A DNA stretch of 64,000 nucleotides from Camelus ferus (lineage: Eukaryota): positions 4,404,001 to 4,468,000 of the forward strand of contig NC_045697.1 of NCBI RefSeq assembly GCF_009834535.1. Reading direction: 5' to 3'. The notes beneath the pieces are model-generated. The model ran no database searches, had not been told where the DNA came from, and saw only the letters and a program-made list of their open reading frames with translations. The translations under genes and the position numbers were made by a program. Shown here in pieces: positions 1-13,710 of this stretch. The first letter of the stretch is position 1, and every line of letters begins with the position of its first letter.

Positions 1-589
1 CATGCATCCTAAAGCCCCCGACTGGACCTCGGAGGACCTCCGTGCTGTGTAGAAGCAGATTTTCTGCTGTCCTCTCCCCCTCCGTGGCCCAGACTTGGCT
101 GAAGGGCCACTTTAGGGAATGAAAGGAGGTTCTGTTGCAGCCATCCAGGGACTGCCAAGGGCTGCCTATTGTGGCAGTAATGCCCTTGTGTGTGCCAGGT
201 CAGGGGATGCGCTGGCTCTGCCCACCAGCCCCCACCCCCTGACCAGCCTCCACCTCGGCTGCATTTGGATTCAGGAGCCCTGGACTGGCCCCTGATCCCT
301 TCCTTAGGGCTGCAGGGGGTGGGACACACTGCTGAGGAGTGTCCTGCTTCTTTTGGGGGACAGGAAGACCGGGAGGATTACGCATCGATGGTGGAGGCAG
401 GAGTGGTCTGGTAAAGTAGCTTTCTGCTTCTTTTACCTTTGGAACATCTGTCTTCTCTCTGTCTCCTTTCTGTCCTGATGCTTCTGGAGGCTGGTCACTC
501 CTATCTGCCTTCTGACACATAGGGTTTTATTTAACAGTCCCATAATCCGACTCTTCCATTGAAACAATTCTCTTTTCTTCCCCTCCTCC

Positions 590-1035
590 CTTTTTTTATT
601 GAGCTGAAATTCATACAACATGAGATTCCTCATTTTAAGGTATACAATTCAGTGGCATTTAGTATATTCACAATGTCATGTAGCCAACACCTCTATCTAG
701 TTGCAAACCATTTTTCATCACTCACAAAGAAAACCCCCTCCCCGTGAAGCGGTCACTCCTCCTTCCCCAGCCCCTGGCAACCACCCATCTGCCTTCCGTG
801 CCTTTGATTTCCCTTTTCTGGAATTTCATATACATGGACTCACATGCTATGTGGCCTTCTGTACTTGGCTTCTTTCCCTCAGCGTAATGTCCTCAAGGTT
901 CATCCAGGTCGTAGCTTGTGTCACCTGCTTCAGTCTTTTCTAAGACTGAATACTATTCTGTTGTAAGGATGGACCACATTTTCTGATCCATTCATTTGCT
1001 GATGGACACCTGGGTGGTTCCACCTTTAGGCTGTT
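590..1035 (-). mobile_element. L1 3' end (old L1MB/MC-like), antisense
   Basis: T-tract followed by typical antisense L1 3'UTR text (tatacaattcagtggcatttagtatattcaca...ccattcatttgctgatggacac). Confidence 0.8.
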
Positions 1036-2065
1036 GTGCCTGCGTTGGATGCATGGCTTACAGTTTTCAAACTTTCTTCCTGGGGCTTGGCTGCCAGGGT
1101 TCTGTTCTGGTGTTTCCACTCTCTCCTCCCATTGCTCACTATTGGTCCTTTCGGCCACTCATCAGAGAGTTGTATTCCCAGCACCGCGCTGGGCACTTCC
1201 AGCCTTGACTTGCTCTTGACATCTGGAGAATGGTTTGTTGATTTGTCATTTCCCAAGCCGGAGTGTGGGAGCGCCCTGAGGCAGGAGGGCCGGCACGGGG
1301 TCCACCAAGCAGCCCAGAGAGGCAGCTGGCGCAGGACAGGGAGCCTGGCCGCCTTTTTGTTAGTTCCTGGCACATACTGGATGCTTTGCGTTTGTGTCTA
1401 CTGCTTGCTGCCTGGCCCGTTCAGCTCCTGCCCTCGCCAGAACTGGCTTCTTCTCATCCTTTGAGTCTCAGCTGAAACTTCCTCTCCTGGGAGAGGTCTT
1501 CCCTGCCCTGCCCAGGTAGATGCCACCCCCCACCCCCCTTACCCCTGCTGTTTTTCTCCCCTTTGGTGCCCTGTTTCTTCTGAAGTCATCATGATCTGAA
1601 GTGGGCTTGTTTCCTGGTTTGTGGTTGTTCCCGCAGTCCTCATAAGCTGGAAGGGAAGCACGGTGAGGATGGGAGCCTTGCCGGCTGTGTTTCCTCCCAT
1701 CTCCCAGCGCAGGGTGTTGGCATGCAGTTGGTTCCAGTAAATAATCGTTGCTGTTGCTTGGAGTCAGATGTGACTGAATTTCCTAACTCCGTCTTGCAAG
1801 CTTGTTGATCTAGAGCCTCTTAGTTAATCTTTCTCAGCTTCCCTTTTATCCTTTTGTTCAGTATGCAGAGAGCCCAGTGTCCCTAGCTTTTGGGCGGGTG
1901 TGGCGGTCAGACGTGACTGTGTAGACTGCCTGCAGGATGTCGGTGTGCAGCAGGCGTTTGTCAGCGGGCGCTGCTGCCGGTGTTTGCAGAGGTAGTGGTC
2001 CTCACGATCGTGCACAAGTTTCCTAACGACACACTTGCCCCGGGGTAGCCAGGTGACTCTGGAGC

Positions 2066-2380
2066 CAAGCAGTCCAATAGGGTAGCCCCTCGGGGCTCTT
2101 GAGCAATGAGATGCAGTTTGTCTAAACTAACAGGGGCTGGGGAGTGAAAAATATGCTCTGGATTTCAGACTTTATATGAAAAAGCTCTCAGTAGTAACTT
2201 TACCGTTGATTGCATGTTGCAGTGCAACTAATTGGGATATCTTGGGCTAAATGAATTATATTTTTACAATTAGTTTTACTTGTTCCTTTTTACTTTTTTT
2301 TTTTTTTAACTTTTTTACTTTTACCAGAAAATTTACTATTGCATGCGGGGTTCACACTGTCTTTTGGGGGGACAGAGCTG
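2066..2380. mobile_element. MER33/MER3-like hAT-Charlie DNA transposon remnant
   Basis: Termini gtccaatagggtagcc...ggacagagctg and an AT-rich interior resemble the recalled MER33 consensus. Confidence 0.65.
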
Positions 2381-5300
2381 CTTAGACGCTAAGCTCCTTG
2401 GAGGCAGGGATCAGGCACAGAGGATGGTGGACCTGCCTTCTGTGAAGTGTGGGGCCCTGGACAAGTTAGTTACATTTTTTTCTGTGCTTCAGTTTGTTTT
2501 TTGTGAACAAAAAGCTCAGTCTGATGACAAACAATGACATTGCACATTTGAGGGCCTCCTGGGTGCCCGAGGAAGGAACTAGAGCCCCATGAAGACCAGG
2601 CGTGGTAAGGTCTCTGCCTGTGGGGACCAACTTTCATTCTGAGAGAGGGGAGACACGTCAATGAAACACAAACCCAGGTACCAGGACTGTGGTTGTTCCC
2701 TAAAGAGTGTAAGTTAGGAGATGTGAACGATCAAGGCGATGAGAGCTGGTTCTCTGGCTCCAAGCCAGGGCAGGTCTTGTGAGGAGAGTGGATGGATCCA
2801 CATACAACCTGGTGCATGGCAGACTCTATAACTGGCAGCCAAGGTGATTACCTTGGGATGGCCCTAGAGCATTGGGCCACTCTTCTGAGTTGCTTCCACT
2901 CAATGACTCTAGGCTTTGTAATCCCTCTGTGTGTAATAACCACACCAGAATTTTTCTGTTCTCTGCAGAATTTGCGTGTTCATTTCCCACGGTCTGTAGA
3001 CGCAAGAGATCACTCCGGCATCTCCCTGCAGTGGGCAGGGCTTCCCCATGGCCAGCTCTGATTGGATGAGAGCAGCTGATTCCCAGCTGTCATGTGCATC
3101 TCCTGGAAGGGAGTCTGGGTTGAGCTCTCCCCATGATCCAGCCAGGAGCCACGAGGGAGACAAATCATTTCATCCTTGGAACCTCAGGAGTCCTGGGGGT
3201 TACACCCGTCTCCCCAAACCGGGGTGTGTATGTTTCACGCAAAGAGATGCCCGGGGATAGCTCTGTCCTGGTTTTATAGGTGTTAGCTAACATTGTCCTT
3301 CTCTCTTGCACACGCACGCCTGCCTGCAGGTGCCTGGCCTTGTGCTTCCTGCTGGGGTGGGGACTCGGGGTGGGCCGTGCTTACAGATGAGTGGAAGCAG
3401 GTTACTGAGGGTGATGGCGAGCCTTCCTCTCCAGCTCTTATAGGGCCCACATCATCTCATTGATGGGGAATGAGTGACTCACCTGAGGTTGCACAGGTAG
3501 GAATGGCAGTGGAGGGGGGCAGACCTCCTCCGGCCACCCCGACACTCAGTCACTCATGGAGAGCACAGCCACTTGAGCGCGCCTTCCCGGCCCCGCGGCC
3601 TGCGCCAGCTCAGTTCCCGTATCCCCCCCATGAACTGCAGCCTCCTCCTAAGCGCTGTCCTTTTTTTCCAGACCCTGGCTTGCCAACTCCCTCTGCCTGG
3701 AATGCCCCTCTCTCCTTCCCCCCACCCCAGCCTGTGAAGTCCTGTAGGCTCCATGGCCCAGCTTGGATGATGCGGCCCCAGGAGAAAGCTGTTTGCTTAC
3801 TGTCCAAGTGCAGATAGAGTGAATGAAGTCACTGGGGCTAGATTAAGACAGGGACAGCCTGGAGGCAGAGAAACAGAATAAAGAGGCTTCCCCTGCTCTC
3901 CTGGCTCTGCTGTTGTGGCGTGGCGCGCCCCTGCCTCTCTCTCCTATGCCTTCAGGAGAGCTTGTATCCAGCTGCGTGACCTGCCTGCTGTTCCTGACTG
4001 AGCCAGGCCTTTGACATGCCGTTCCCTCTGTTGGATCTGCCCGTTAGCCTTCCCTGCCCCCATCCACCTGGTGAACATCCTCCGCTTCTGTTTAAGATCC
4101 ATCATCAGCCTTATTTCCTCCAGAAACCTGTCCTGACTGCAACCCTCCTGCATCCACAGGCTGAATCAGGTTTGTCCCCAGGGTTCCCACTGCCTCAAGC
4201 ATCCCTCTGTTACTGCTCAGGATTCTGTATTCCATCTGCCAGTGACTTGTCCAACTCTCCCACCAGACAGAAAGTTCCAGGAGACTAGGGTTGCTGCCTG
4301 ATTCGCAGTGGGATTCCCAGAGCCCGGCTCAGGTTGGGGTGCACAGTAGGTGGTCAACAGCTTTTGGTCTTTAGCCTCAATATTTGGTGTTTATAGTATT
4401 ATGGCTGAATTGTCTTCACTTCTGATCCAAGAAATGAAATATGACTATGTTCCATATTCCTTTAATGTCAGAATCCTATCCTTTCAGTGTTGGGAGGGGC
4501 CTTAACTGTGTGCAGTGGGTTCTCTCTGTTGTTTGCATCGGGTCCACTCTGCCCTTCACAGGCCCTCCTTTATTCTCGGCGGCAGCCACCTCTAGTGACG
4601 TCAACTCCCCAAACTGTGGACGTCTCAGTATTCGGGGTTGAAACACCCCAGGTGGCTCTGTTAGCCCAGAGAAGACGTTTATGAAGTGCTGTAGCACTTA
4701 ATGAAGTTTCTCTTCCCCTGCACATCCAGATTTCACTGCCTTGCAGTGCAACCTGCTTTTATTTAGGGAAAAAAATGTTAGAAAGCTGTTCTTCAGAATC
4801 CAAACCGTGTTCTTATGTTCACAGGTCCTATTTCTTGTTACGTTGGTTTGGTTTTTCTGTTTATCCCAAGCTGCACCTCAGAATACTAATTGGAAGACAT
4901 ACTTTGCTTTTGAAAGTCAGCAGGGCTGCTTCCTTGGTCAGGGCAGCTGGCTGAGTGAGCTCATGAAGCCAGGTGGTAACTGAGTTTCTGTGACAAGTAC
5001 TGGAACCTTCAAGGGTCAGGGCTGGAAGACGTTCTTTTGCCAACCAGATGCCTTATTTTGAACAAGAGACTCAATGACCCCAAATTGTGCCTAATCTGTT
5101 TAAACCATTGGACAAATGAGCACTTGAATGCCATAGTCTATTTCTCCCTGAAGTACACCAGAGACCCAGGATGATCCCAGTTTATGAGGGCCTGGGCATT
5201 ATAGATGCCCTGAGCTTTCTATACGCGTGTCTAAAGATGAATGCAAAAACACTTCAGCCCAAATGCACAAACAAGTCTCGTTGCTGGGTCGGGTATCAGA

Positions 5301-6049
5301 AACTGGGAGTGCTTCAGCCAGAAGATTGAGGGAAGGTGCTGGGTGCCCCAAACCTCAGGTGTTCACAACATAAATTGTGAGTTTGGGATTTCACAATTCA
5401 TAAGCCCCTAGATTGTAGCTTCTCTAGATGTTTGTTGATGAATAGAGGGCTTTGTAGGTAAACTGAAAGGTCAAGTGACAAGGAGATTGGGGTGTGTTAA
5501 ATCACTCTCAGGCAGGGATGTGGGATGAGCGGTTTGTAGTGTCTTATCTGTTCGTTGTAGCAGGGATTGAAAGGACCTCTGCTCACCAGATCTTTGTTAG
5601 CATCTGTGCCAGGTGTCTGTGAAAGCAATGCCACCACATTTGAAAAATACCCCTGCTGTGGACTCTGTTGTGAGTTCCAACCATCCATTCCCTCCCTGGG
5701 CTGAAGCACTGAACTGTCATGACACGTCTAATCGCCATATGTCATGAAGGTGAGCCTCACCACGTTGCGAGTGGCCCCATCCCCCCCTTTGTGGGAAGGT
5801 CACGTTGTAGCCTCAAAGCCGCCAACCCAGCAAGCTGGGAGTGGACGTTTTTTAGATGACGTTCCACGACTATTGGGTGAATAATTGATTTGCTCCTGTT
5901 TACTGGAACCAGGAAGAAAAAATATCATGATTGATTAGAAAATGAACCACTTAAGAAACAGAATATTGTTGGAGAGGCAGTTTTGCTATCTGAATGAAAA
6001 CGAATTAGCCCTTTGAAGTTCTTGCTGTGACTTATATGTCTGATTCATT

Positions 6050-7730
6050 TAATGCTAAAGAACACAGTAAAGGAGGAATGGAGGAACTAAAATGACATGA
6101 AGTGTGTAGAAAACAAAAAGTAAAATGAAAAGTGTAAACTCAACTCTGTCAATAACAATATTAAATGTGAATGGATTAAACAATCTAATGAAAAGGCAGA
6201 GATTGTCAGAATATATTAAAAATGATCTAACTATGTGCTATCTACAGGTGACATACATCTTTAGACTCAAAGATACAATTAGATTGAGAGTAAAAGGAAT
6301 GAAAAAGATACATCACACAATGAGCAACCACAAGAAAGCTAGAGTGGCCATACTGATATCGTACAAGATATATTTAAATATATACATAGTATATTACAAG
6401 ATATATTTAAAATAAAAAAAAGAGACAAAGAGGGATATTTTATAATGAAATATAATAATAACATTTAAAAATAACACTTTATAATGATAAAGAGAGTCAA
6501 TCTAGTGGGAAAATATAACAATTATAAACACATATGCACCTAACAACAGTGACAAAATACACGAAGCAAAAACTGAAATGAAGGAAGAAATAGATAATTC
6601 AGTGGTAACACGGGATACTTCAATACCCTACTTTCAATAATGGGTGGAACAACTAGACAGAAGATCAGCAAGGAAATAGAAAACTTGAAAAACACTATAA
6701 AGCAGCCAGGTCTTCAAGATACGTATAGAATGCTCCATCAACAACATCAGAATGTATATTCTTTTACTTAAATTGAGGTGTAATTGATATATAACTTTGT
6801 ATTAGCTTCAGGTGGGCAGCATAACAATTTGATATTTGTATATATTGTGAAATGATCACCACAGTAATTTGGTTAACATCCATCACCACACATAATTACA
6901 ATTTTTTTTTTCCTATGGTGAGAACTTTTAAGATCTGTTCTCTTAGTAAGTTACAGATACACAACACAGTGTGATTAACTATAGTCACCATGCTGTTCAT
7001 TACATTCCCATGATTTATGTGTTTTATAACTGGAAGTTTGTTCCTTTGACCTCCTTAACCCATTTTACCCACCCTCCTAACCTCCACCTCTGACAACCAC
7101 AAATCTGTTCTTTGTATCATTGAGTTTGGTTTTTGTTATTGTTTAGGATTCCACATATAAGTGAGGTCACATGACATTTTTCTTTTTCTGACTTATTTCA
7201 CTTAGCATAATGCTGTCAATGTCCATTCATGTCTCCCGAATGGCAAGTTTTCATTCTCCTTTTGTGGCTGAATAATACTCCATTTTATATCTATCTATTT
7301 CACATTTTCTTCATCCACTCATCCATTGACGGACACTTAGGTTGTTTCAATTTCTTGGCCATTGCAAATAATGCTACAATGAACATGGGAGTTCATATAG
7401 CTTTTCAAGTTAGTGTTTTCATTTTCTCTGGATAAATACCCAGGAGTGGAAATGCTGGATCATATGGTAGATTTATTTTCAATTGTATGAGGAACCTCCA
7501 TACTGTTTTCCATAGTGGCTGCACCAAGTTACATTCCCACCAATAGAGCAGAAGGGTTCATCTTCCTCCATGTCTTCACCAAGAATATAGATTCTTCTCA
7601 AATGCATGTGGCTCATTCTCCAGGATAGACCATATGCTCAGCCATCAAACAATCTCAGTGAACTTAAAAGGACAGAAATAATGCAAAGCATGTTCTCTGA
7701 CCACAGTGCAATGAAATTAGGAATCAAGGC
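6050..7730 (+). mobile_element. Old L1 ORF2 endonuclease-domain fragment, split by a nested L1
   Basis: ORF 6125-6415 (ITILNVNGLN..KRQRLSEYIK..CYLQ) is the L1 EN N-terminus. The sequence resumes after ~7582 with FSRIDHM and IMQSMFSDHSAMKL motifs. Confidence 0.9.
6764..7581 (-). mobile_element. 5'-truncated L1 (L1MA-like 3' end), antisense, nested in the older L1
   Basis: Antisense L1 3'UTR and ORF2 tail, flanked by a 15-bp TSD with 2 mismatches: agaatgtatattctt (6749-6763) and agaatatagattctt (7582-7596). Confidence 0.85.
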
Positions 7731-8049
7731 GAGCAAGCACAAGGCGTGGCCCCTAGTGATGCTCTGTTCTGCCCTTGTCAGCCCGAGATCTACAGCCTGC
7801 ACCTTTCCTCCCACCTCATCCTCTATACTCCTGGTCACCCCTTTACTTCTGGACCAAGATGAACTACTGACTTCCTTACCCACTGCTTCTAGCTTCTGTG
7901 TGTTTGCTCATGCTGCCCTGCTTCCTCAAATGCCTATTCCTCGGCCTCCTCCACCCTCCCCATCTTAGGAGGACCTACCCATCTGGCCGTACATGACCAC
8001 CCACCTTACTAAGCCACAATAAGGAAAGTTTATAATGAACAGAGTAGAG

Positions 8050-8230
8050 CAGTGGTTCTGCAAGTGGGGTCCTGGACCACCATCATCATTTCCTGGGAGA
8101 TTTTAGAAATGTACATTCTCAGGCCCTACCTGCGCTACTGGATCAGAAACACTGGGCTGGGGCCCTGCAGTCTGGCTTTTAACTAAAGCCCTCTGGGGAA
8201 CTCTGATACCCTCTCCAGTTTGAGAACCAG
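8050..8230. mobile_element. MER5A-like hAT MITE
   Basis: cagtggttct...tttgagaaccag termini with the typical interior (tagaaatgtacattctcaggccc...ggatcagaaac). Confidence 0.8.
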
Positions 8231-9651
8231 GGCAGGCAGGGCTGGTCCCCACTTATCCTGTAGTTGCACAGTCTGGTTATTTCTAAAATCGTTGGCGACT
8301 GGTTGGTTCCCTCCAATGAGCATGAATCAGGCCTACCATCTTGCTTAATCTGCAGATGAGACCAGGGACCTTGCTTTGTGTGTGTAAAGGGCAGTTCTCT
8401 TCCATCCAAATAAGTACACATCGGGACTGATGCTCAGAGTGAAGGGTATGCTCAGCTTCCAGGGATTTCCTGTGGGAGAAGGAGGGTAGACCCTCTGTCT
8501 GGGTCTGTTTCCCCATCTGTAATAATAAAGGGCTAATATTTTTAAAACAGCTACACCACCCCATCATGACTTACAAATCAGGGAAGCAGGAGTTTATTAT
8601 CACATTTATTTTATGATTTTAAACTTACAGCACTTCAAGTTAGGAGTCGGTCCGTGAGAGCAGTGAGGTTGCTTTGATAACCATCACTTTCAGGATGAAC
8701 AGTTCGGGGGTGACAGTAGTCTGAACAGCCACGCATCCTGAGTGTTGCTTGGGCTTTGTTGTGGTTGTGAAAATAGTCTGTTTTGAGAATCTTTGCATTT
8801 CACATTTGCAATTGGTAAGGGTTTTGTCAACAACTTGTCTTGTAGCCTCAGGACCCATCTTACTAGAGGTGACAGAAGAGTCTCTACAAGACCTGTGCAA
8901 AGCTGAGTGTCACCTGGAGCCCAGGTGCATGCAGTGGAGTCTGCAGATGATTAACATTTGGTGTGCAGCTCATTTGAGTTTGATGCTGTTTGTGGTTTAA
9001 AATTTTTACACTGAAAAAGTATAGAATCAAACATCTGTTCCTCCGGAGCCCTGATCCCTGACACCCTGTGCATCTTTAGGGAGCATCAGGGCTCCATGGA
9101 ACGTGGTTTGAAATCCCAGCCTGGTCACCACCTCTCAGTGCCCCAAAGTGCTGATGGCTCTGCTCCAGTTTGGGAATTGGCCACCTTTCCTTCACAGATA
9201 CCTGTTTCTCTGTGCTGTCATCTGCCTGTCACGTTGGGTTCTTGGTTCTGTCTCAGCCTCCAAGTGTCCTCACATTCTTAAGACTGAGCCCTGGAAAGAA
9301 AGAGCCTCCAGGACTGTCACTGACTGAGCTGAGCTGAGCTGGAGAACGAGCTGCACTAGGGCCAGGACTCAACCTCACCCCAAGTCTCTGTGAACAGGCG
9401 TTGAGGGCCCAGTGCTCTCGCAGGATAGTCTGAAGGTTCTGCCCACCCTCTCCTTCCTTAGAACAGCTCTTGACTTATGAAGAGTATTTGGGAAGGGGAG
9501 CAGTTGTACCAAGAAAGGGTGGTATCTTTCTGAAACCACACCTGGCTGTGTTGCTCCTCTGCTCGGTGGGCTCCCCGTGTCCCAGGATGAAGCGCACATT
9601 CCTTGACACCATGTCTGTGACCTCATCTCTTGATGCTCTTGCTTTTACCAA

Positions 9652-9992
9652 CTAGCTTCGTCTGCTCTGGCTGCTATAATAAAAAATCCTGTAGACTGGG
9701 AGGCTTAAACAACAGAAATTTATTTCTCACCGTTCTAGACGCTGGGAAGTACAAGGTCACGGGGCTGGCTGATTCCACTTCTGGTGAGAGCTCTCCTCCT
9801 GGCTGGCAGACGGCCGCCTTCTCATGTATGCTCACAAGGTGGGCAGAGATAGCAAGGAAGTGCTCTTGTGTCTCTTCTTGTAAGGACGCTAATCTCGTCA
9901 TCAGGGGCTAATCACTTGCCAAAAGCCTAATCTCCAAATACCATCACATTGGGAATTCGGGTTGCAACATATGAATTTCGGGGGACACATTC
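9652..9992 (-). mobile_element. MaLR (MLT1A-like) solo LTR
   Basis: Hallmark MLT1 text: ggcttaaacaacagaaatttatttctcac...tccaaataccatcacattggg...atgaatttcgggggacac. Confidence 0.8.
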
Positions 9993-12319
9993 ATGGACCC
10001 CTACCTTATGGAACAGTCTGCCTTCCTTGAACTTGCCCTCCGTTCCTCCTGTCTTTAGACATTTGTGCCCTCTTCCTTGCACACCCTGTCTGCTGCCTCT
10101 AGACATGTCTCAGGCTCATATCCTCTGGTGCTTCCCTGACCCTCCCCACCCCCGCCAGGCCCTGCACATCTTTCTGTCCCAGCCTTGGCTGTACTGCGGG
10201 GCTGTTGTCTTTTATAGTTTTCCTTCTCCACTGGCTGGAGCTCGGGGTCCTGCGTGGGATTCGTGTCTGAGGCCCCGTGCCCAGTACAAGGCCTGCTATG
10301 GGATATTGAATGAATGAGTGAATAAATGAATGAATGAATGATTGGAGGCTGTGCTCCTGCTACTCTCCCTGCCTAAATGCCATTCAACCTTCCTTGGACC
10401 CCTGCTCCCTTATCTGCATGTCCATGTTTCACCCCTGCCAGGGCCCACTTCAGATGTCTTCACGTCCCACTGGGACCTGAGCCCCGGGTCCCCGTTACCA
10501 TGTGGGCTTGCTACACTCTGTTTCCCTGCCTGCCTCCCTGACTTGACTAGAATGCCTCACAAGTGTGGGGGAGCCATTGGGACACCTAGCAATGGTCCAG
10601 AACATTTGAGGGACTCAGCAAATGTCTGCACCTGATGAAGACATCCTTGACCATCTTCCTTCCCCTGTGGTGGTGGTAACCTGGCAGTAACCCCATCCTG
10701 GTCCAAGCACCCCAACCCTGTAATTAGTGCCTCTCTTTGAGCTGGTCTGCCCTGCTTGCTTCAGCCTTGCCGCCCCTTCCATCATCCTCCAGTTCTGAAG
10801 TCGCTTTCTTGAGAGAAGCTAGGGCATAGATGAGCTCTGTGTGCCCCTCCCCTGGCTTTGTGCACACAGCAGGTGCTCAGTAGGTGTCTGCTGAGGAGTG
10901 CCCTCGGTACATCAAGCCACATTGAGTGGCTGGTGTAGAAAGGATGTGTAAACCACAAAAGAAGTTGATCTTGGCTTGAAAGTCACCTGTCACACTGCTT
11001 GTTCTTGGTGATGACTCATTTCAGGAGAGGTGGGACAGAAATGGTCTGATGCCTGGGGCCTTTTCTGGGACTTCTTAAGGGGCCCTTACATATCAATAAA
11101 GGGGAGATTCCAAAATAATGCAGGGAGTTTGTGAAGAGCCAGCAAGTAGAAGCAGGCAGATCAAAGGCTTTGCATTCAGGTGAGGACCTGAGCAAGTCCT
11201 CTACCTGCCTTCAGCTGAAATTTTGCCCCTATGAAATGAGGAAAGTAACACGCACCTCTCCAGGCCTTTGTGAACACCAGGATTTTGTGCGTAAAGACCT
11301 GATACCTTGTGGCTGCCTGTGGAGTGACAGCCATCTACTCCCAGGTATGTGGAAAGGCTGAGGCTTATTATAAATGTAGTTACTTTGGCCTTTCAGGGAT
11401 AAGGCTGTGCCTGGACCACCCGTGGGGCTCTATCCTCACATCCTAGCATAATATCTGGCACCTAGAAGCTACATAGAACAAGTAAGAATATGGATATTGG
11501 AGCCAACCTGGGTACAACGTCCTGCCCCTGCTTGCTAGCTGGGTCACCTTGGCCGGGACCTCTTTCCCGCCAGAACATGAAAATGGGGCACCAATAGTAC
11601 CCATGTCATAGGACTGTGGAATAATTGAGAGCTTGGAAAGTTTGGAACAGTTTCTAGTACAAAGAGACTGCTATATAAGCAGGGACTGTTACTGCTATTA
11701 CTTCGTGCATGTTTGTTGAGTTGTGTTGAATTCCATCTGATGGGAGATGAGTGTGGATGCTGCCATGGTGCTTTGTTTTTCTTGCAGCGTAGTTATTGGT
11801 TCCCAGTGCTCACCCTCACCTCAGAGTTTCTCTCCTGTTCAGCATCTGGTAAAGTTTTACAGTGGGAAGTTAAAAAAGAAAAATTCACATGCACGGCACA
11901 TTCTAAAGGAAGTTTCATCATGTTCTGGCGAATGTTGATAAACAACTCTCATTCCTCTGTTTGATGAGGATTTTGTTATGTGGGTCTTGAATATGAGTAG
12001 CAATTTTATCAGAAATTGTTTCTGTGGGTGTCTTTGGTGGGGAATTGAAGTAGGTGGTTTTCTGATAATATTGGAAGTTTTTCATGAACTGGAATATTTT
12101 GAAACCACTATTTTATGGAAGTGTTGTTACTAATTCAGTGGCTTTTAATTTGCTGTCAATATGCTTTGTTCTTGGAGGGTGATGGTATGGTGTTCAGCAA
12201 GGAACCTGGCTGTTCATTCCTAAAAATGTTCTTAGGTACCAGGAGAGCGTGCCAGGCATGGTGCTGGGTCCTGAGGATAGAAAACAAAACTGACAGTTCT
12301 TTGGACACCTGGAAAGTGG

Positions 12320-12530
12320 CCTTAGAGTCACACAGACCTGATTCAGCCCTGGCTTTGTCACTTGCAAGCCTTGGACCTTGGGGAGTTGACTTCACCTCTT
12401 TAAGTCTCGATTTCCTTACCTGTGAAATGGGAATAATACTGTTACTTATTTTACAAGGAGGTTTTGTGGATGGATTGAGATGGGTATGCCCTGCACATTG
12501 CCTAGCATAGAGTAGGTTCTTCCAAATGGC
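12320..12530. mobile_element. MIR SINE remnant (representative; further MIR pieces near 11490, 14050, 39360, 40440, 42620, 48700, 60180)
   Basis: MIR core motifs such as ttcacctctttaagtctcgatttccttacctgtgaaatgggaataata. Confidence 0.65.
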
Positions 12531-13387
12531 AGCTCTTGGTTAATTTGCTGCTTTTAGGGCCCAGGGGCAGGAGTCATGCCCAGAGAGACCCATGCAGCCT
12601 GACTCAGAGCCACCCCTGGGCCACTTCCTTTCCCTTGTTCTCTGGCTGGCAGAAAGGGTAAGGTCACCTTCTGCAGAGGACGTGGCTGTGTCGGGGGGTG
12701 AGAGGCCTGGTTTCCTGTGGGTTTGTGGCTTTGCAGCATTGTCCCATTGAGGGCACGTTAGGAGTTTCTGGAAGGTGGAGGAGGCAGGTGGTGGTGGATG
12801 GGGCAGGGTCTCCCAGGAGGGCACAGCCAGTGACCCCTGGCCTTGGGCTCGGTTTTCCTGTCTGGTTCCATCCAGTCTGCCTCTCAGCAGTGGTATTTAC
12901 TGAGTGCTCCACCCCGAGCGGGTGCTTTATGCTGCTGTCTGGGCCTCTCAGCCACCGCGTAAAAAGGTAGGAGGAAACCGAGGCCCTGGGAGGCAACATG
13001 TCATTTAACAGCCAGAGTTAGTGAGTGGTGGAGCCTCAGGATGAGAGCCTTACTCCGTCTCCGCCCTTGCTGGGGCTTTCCGGGTGTGCTCCGCAGCGTA
13101 ACGAGGCTGAGGTTTGGGCGTGGGTCCTTCTAAGAGGGGTTTCATGTGGATTGCTCAACAAGATTTCATTTCATGACAAAAGCAAAAAATGTCTGAAAAG
13201 CACTTCTAATTTTTTTTTTTTTGTCCTCTGAACATATATGCTAATTTTATATTTTACTGGGGTCTTACTATGCCAACTTTGTAGCCTGTCCTTTTTAAAT
13301 ACGGCAGTCCAACCTGAAGATTTCCCAATGAAGTGATCCTTTGGGGTGGGGACAGGAAGAAGGTGATGGGTGTGGCTAAGGAGGCAG

Positions 13388-13710
13388 GGTTGGGCGGGGC
13401 CGGAAGCGGAAGGGGTGGGGTCAAGCTTGAATTAAAAAATCAGTGACAGGAAGTTAGGCAGAACTCACCGGAAGTGGCTGGTGCTGGGGGTTAGGGTTAA
13501 CCTCAATGCTTTTCTGCACAAATTTGCCTTTGGAGTTGAGGAGGTTTGGCAGGACCGGAGGAGAGGAGCCCGGGCAGGGAGTCGGCCTGCAGCGTCTGAG
13601 AGGCTCGGAGGCAGGACGGAGCAGGTGCTTCCCAGGCTGCTGAGAAGATGGCGGCTCTGACGTGCGTAGTGGCATTGGAGGGGACGGAGCGGGTGAAATT
13701 GACGTTTGCG
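13388..13710 (+). promoter_or_regulatory. Candidate promoter/enhancer: GC box, ETS cluster, YY1 and half-CRE motifs
   Basis: GGGCGGGGC 13392-13400, CCGGAAGCGGAAG 13400-13412, GGGGTGGGG 13412-13420, ACAGGAAGT 13446-13454, ACCGGAAGTG 13467-13476, AAGATGGCGGC 13645-13655, TGACGTG 13658-13664. CpGs are locally retained. Confidence 0.55.

Noticed and set aside
9323..9342. GAGCT pentamer run resembling an immunoglobulin switch region
   Set aside because: Only about three units with no Ig context; a chance microrepeat.
13488..13499. Telomere-like GGGTTAGGGTTA
   Set aside because: Two units only, too short for an interstitial telomeric repeat.
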